Shown here: one piece after another, positions 26,247 through 28,207 of the stretch
Layout of the letters: the number at the start of each line of letters is the position of its first letter
Position numbering within the stretch: the first letter of the stretch is position 1
DNA from: Abditibacteriaceae bacterium
Lineage (GTDB): Bacteria > Armatimonadota > Abditibacteriia > Abditibacteriales > Abditibacteriaceae
Length of the DNA stretch: 28,207 bases
Reading direction: 5' to 3'
NCBI GenBank assembly: GCA_031372065.1
Contig: JANMKN010000276.1
Coordinates: 1-28,207 of the forward strand
Notes under the pieces: generated by a model
Databases searched by the model: none
Seen by the model: only the letters and a program-made list of their open reading frames with translations
What the model was told of the DNA's origin: nothing
Translations under genes and position numbers: made by a program

Positions 26247-27080
26247 ATGAGCAAGCGATTTGTCTTTTTCATCATCTTCATTGTTATTTTGGAACCTGTG
26301 AGCATAGCGCAGAATATGCAAAAGTCCACTCGTGTCTCCAGAGGGTTGCCGCCGTTAGGGGCATGGACAGCAGAACAGTGGACCGCAGACGAACACCCTT
26401 TCCTACACATGAAGACACAAGTGGAAAGCGCTGTTACGACTTCATCTGTTCCAACGCAACTTCTGCAAAAATATCAAGAAGAAGCCCAACGGAATCCATT
26501 GGATGCTCCAACTCAATTCAGGTGGGGTTATTGTCTTATGCGCACTTTTACAAAGTTGACTGAAAAGCAGAAGTATCAGCATCTGTATCTGTCAAAAGTG
26601 AGTGAGGCTTTGGGGCGCCCCAAATCTCCTCGAAGTTATGAATATGCACGCCTACGTTTCCTTATTCTGCGTATGGAGAAGCGTATTTCCGGTTTAGAAG
26701 CATTAGGCGAACGTTTGCTGAAACGTGACCCGAACGACCAAACCGTGAAATTCCTTATGGTTGATGTGCTATCGTTTTCCATTAAACCGGGCGCGAGCGA
26801 ACGAGGATTAAAATACGCACAAGAGTTAGTTAATAGCAAACCTTTGATTCCTAACAATTACAGTGTATTGGGTTCTGCTTTTTTAGCTCGTTGGATGAAA
26901 AGTAAGGCACCGTCGGATGCTGACAAAGCAATTGATGCTTATAAACAATACCTTCGCTTGGCACCTTCAGACGATCCTTGGAAAGGAAGGGCTCAAAGTC
27001 TGATCAACACAATTAAAGAAGATAAAATTCGCGTCGCTAAAGAGCTAAAGGCCAAACCACAGCCAAAGAAGTCGCGCTAA
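26247..27080 (+). CDS. Exported TPR-like helical protein
   Basis: Hydrophobic N-terminus; helical repeats LLKRDPND, YSVLGSAF, AIDAYKQYLRLAPSD. Confidence 0.7.
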   Translation: MSKRFVFFIIFIVILEPVSIAQNMQKSTRVSRGLPPLGAWTAEQWTADEHPFLHMKTQVESAVTTSSVPTQLLQKYQEEAQRNPLDAPTQFRWGYCLMRTFTKLTEKQKYQHLYLSKVSEALGRPKSPRSYEYARLRFLILRMEKRISGLEALGERLLKRDPNDQTVKFLMVDVLSFSIKPGASERGLKYAQELVNSKPLIPNNYSVLGSAFLARWMKSKAPSDADKAIDAYKQYLRLAPSDDPWKGRAQSLINTIKEDKIRVAKELKAKPQPKKSR

Positions 27081-27084
27081 TCTA

Positions 27085-28053
27085 ATGACAGTTTTCGCTC
27101 CCCAAAGTCAGTTCCGCAAAATCATCGGCATGGTGGTATTGCCGTTTGCCTTAATTGCCTTGCCGATTTGGTGGCGCGAAAAAATGTCATGGCGGCCTTA
27201 TCCGTTGCCGGTGAAGTTTTGCGCTCGTTCGATTGCCTTTTCGCCGGATAGCCGCTATGTGGCGGTTGGCGAGTTTGGTTTGGTGAATGTTTGGGATACA
27301 TCGTGGCACCGCTTGTCGCAAACCATTAAAACGGGCGGTATTGTGGGAAACGTCGCTTTTTCGCCGGACGGCAATATTTTGGCGTGTGCCACAGGCTCAA
27401 ACTATGTGATGCTCTACGATTGGCGCAAGGGCAGTATTTTCAAGGGTTACTCTATTTCCGGCTCATCTGGCGGTGGACAAGGCGTTGGTGCAATGGCGTT
27501 TTTAGCGGATGGTCAAACTTTAGCGATAGGTTTAAGCAACGGCGACTTTCAACTATTGAATCTGCAAACATCTCAGGCTCGAAGTCCGTTAAAAGGTAGT
27601 CCCAATAATTACAAGCAGGGTGTGGCAATTTCTGCCGATGGGAAAACTTTTGCCCGCAGCGCAGGTGGCGACATCTCTCTTTATGACACACAAACCGCCA
27701 AAGTAAAACGAGTGTTGACGGGCGGAAGTGGCGGGGGCGGTGCTATCGCGCTATCAGAAAAGGAAGCCTTCGTTGCTGCTATTGGGAACAATGAAGCACT
27801 CACTATCTGGAACGGCCAAACCGGTGAGGTGCTAAAAACTTGGCCTGCCAAAGTCTATTTGGGTATTAGCTTGCTGGCTTTATCGCCCGATGGCTCCAAA
27901 GTTTCCGATGGTTATCATTTGTGGGATGTGGCAACGGGCAAATTGGAAAAGGAAACACCGGGCACCCATGAAGAAGGTCTGGCTATCTCGCCAGATGGAA
28001 GACTGTTGGGTGTTGGCTTATTACACAGCGCCGAGTTGTATCGAATTAAGTGA
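27085..28053 (+). CDS. WD40-repeat protein with an N-terminal membrane anchor
   Basis: TM segment IIGMVVLPFALIALPIWW; repeated IAFSPDS / VAFSPDG / ISADG / LSPDG with VNVWD, LYD and LWD. Confidence 0.9.
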   Translation: MTVFAPQSQFRKIIGMVVLPFALIALPIWWREKMSWRPYPLPVKFCARSIAFSPDSRYVAVGEFGLVNVWDTSWHRLSQTIKTGGIVGNVAFSPDGNILACATGSNYVMLYDWRKGSIFKGYSISGSSGGGQGVGAMAFLADGQTLAIGLSNGDFQLLNLQTSQARSPLKGSPNNYKQGVAISADGKTFARSAGGDISLYDTQTAKVKRVLTGGSGGGGAIALSEKEAFVAAIGNNEALTIWNGQTGEVLKTWPAKVYLGISLLALSPDGSKVSDGYHLWDVATGKLEKETPGTHEEGLAISPDGRLLGVGLLHSAELYRIK

Positions 28054-28096
28054 GCATTCATCAATCGTAGCCAAACTATGCTGTCGGAGACGGAGA

Positions 28097-28124
28097 AGTA
28101 GGCGACAGGCGGCAGGAAGCAGGA
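28097..28124 (+). repeat. Degenerate heptamer run
   Basis: agtaggc gacaggc ggcagga agcagga. Confidence 0.5.
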
Positions 28125-28152
28125 AAAACAGCCTCGTTTTGGGCTTTTTCCT
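28121..28152 (+). terminator. Possible terminator hairpin after the WD40 gene
   Basis: aggaaaa(ac)agcc-tcgttttg-ggctttttcct, an imperfect stem. Confidence 0.3.
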
Positions 28153-28207
28153 ATAGAGAAGATGGAATTAGGGGCGAAATTTGGCTTTTTGGGGGCGAAA
28201 AGTGGCT

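Noticed and set aside
28097..28207. CRISPR leader or mobile-element end at the right edge
   Set aside because: Only short degenerate heptamer and 21-bp repeats are visible; this cannot be supported without downstream sequence.

Overview
A 28.2 kb bacterial window, about 55-60% GC by eye. The gene content suggests Armatimonadota/Abditibacteriota, but that is inference only. From left to right: a perfect 43-bp palindrome at the window edge; a translationally coupled minus-strand pair of a KAP-family P-loop NTPase and a NACHT-LRR (NLR-like) protein, a candidate anti-phage module; two serine hydrolases; a secreted discoidin plus double beta-helix (GH55/pectate_lyase_3-like) enzyme whose last 66 bp are duplicated about 1 kb downstream, bracketing an orphan gene and a DUF433/DUF5615 toxin-antitoxin pair with an apparently internally deleted toxin; a PadR regulator with a membrane partner; a PhyH-family dioxygenase; an internally duplicated helical hypothetical protein preceded by a 10 x 21-bp degenerate array; a minus-strand glycan operon (GH74, double beta-propeller glycosidase, SGNH esterase, GH78-like); and a plus-strand cluster of exported proteins (FN3-repeat protein, 630-aa unknown, TPR-like, WD40). 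The first gene of that cluster appears to be put out of frame from its best start codon by a C8 tract. No rRNA, tRNA, CRISPR array, integrase or transposase was recognised. All family calls come from motif recognition, not database searches.
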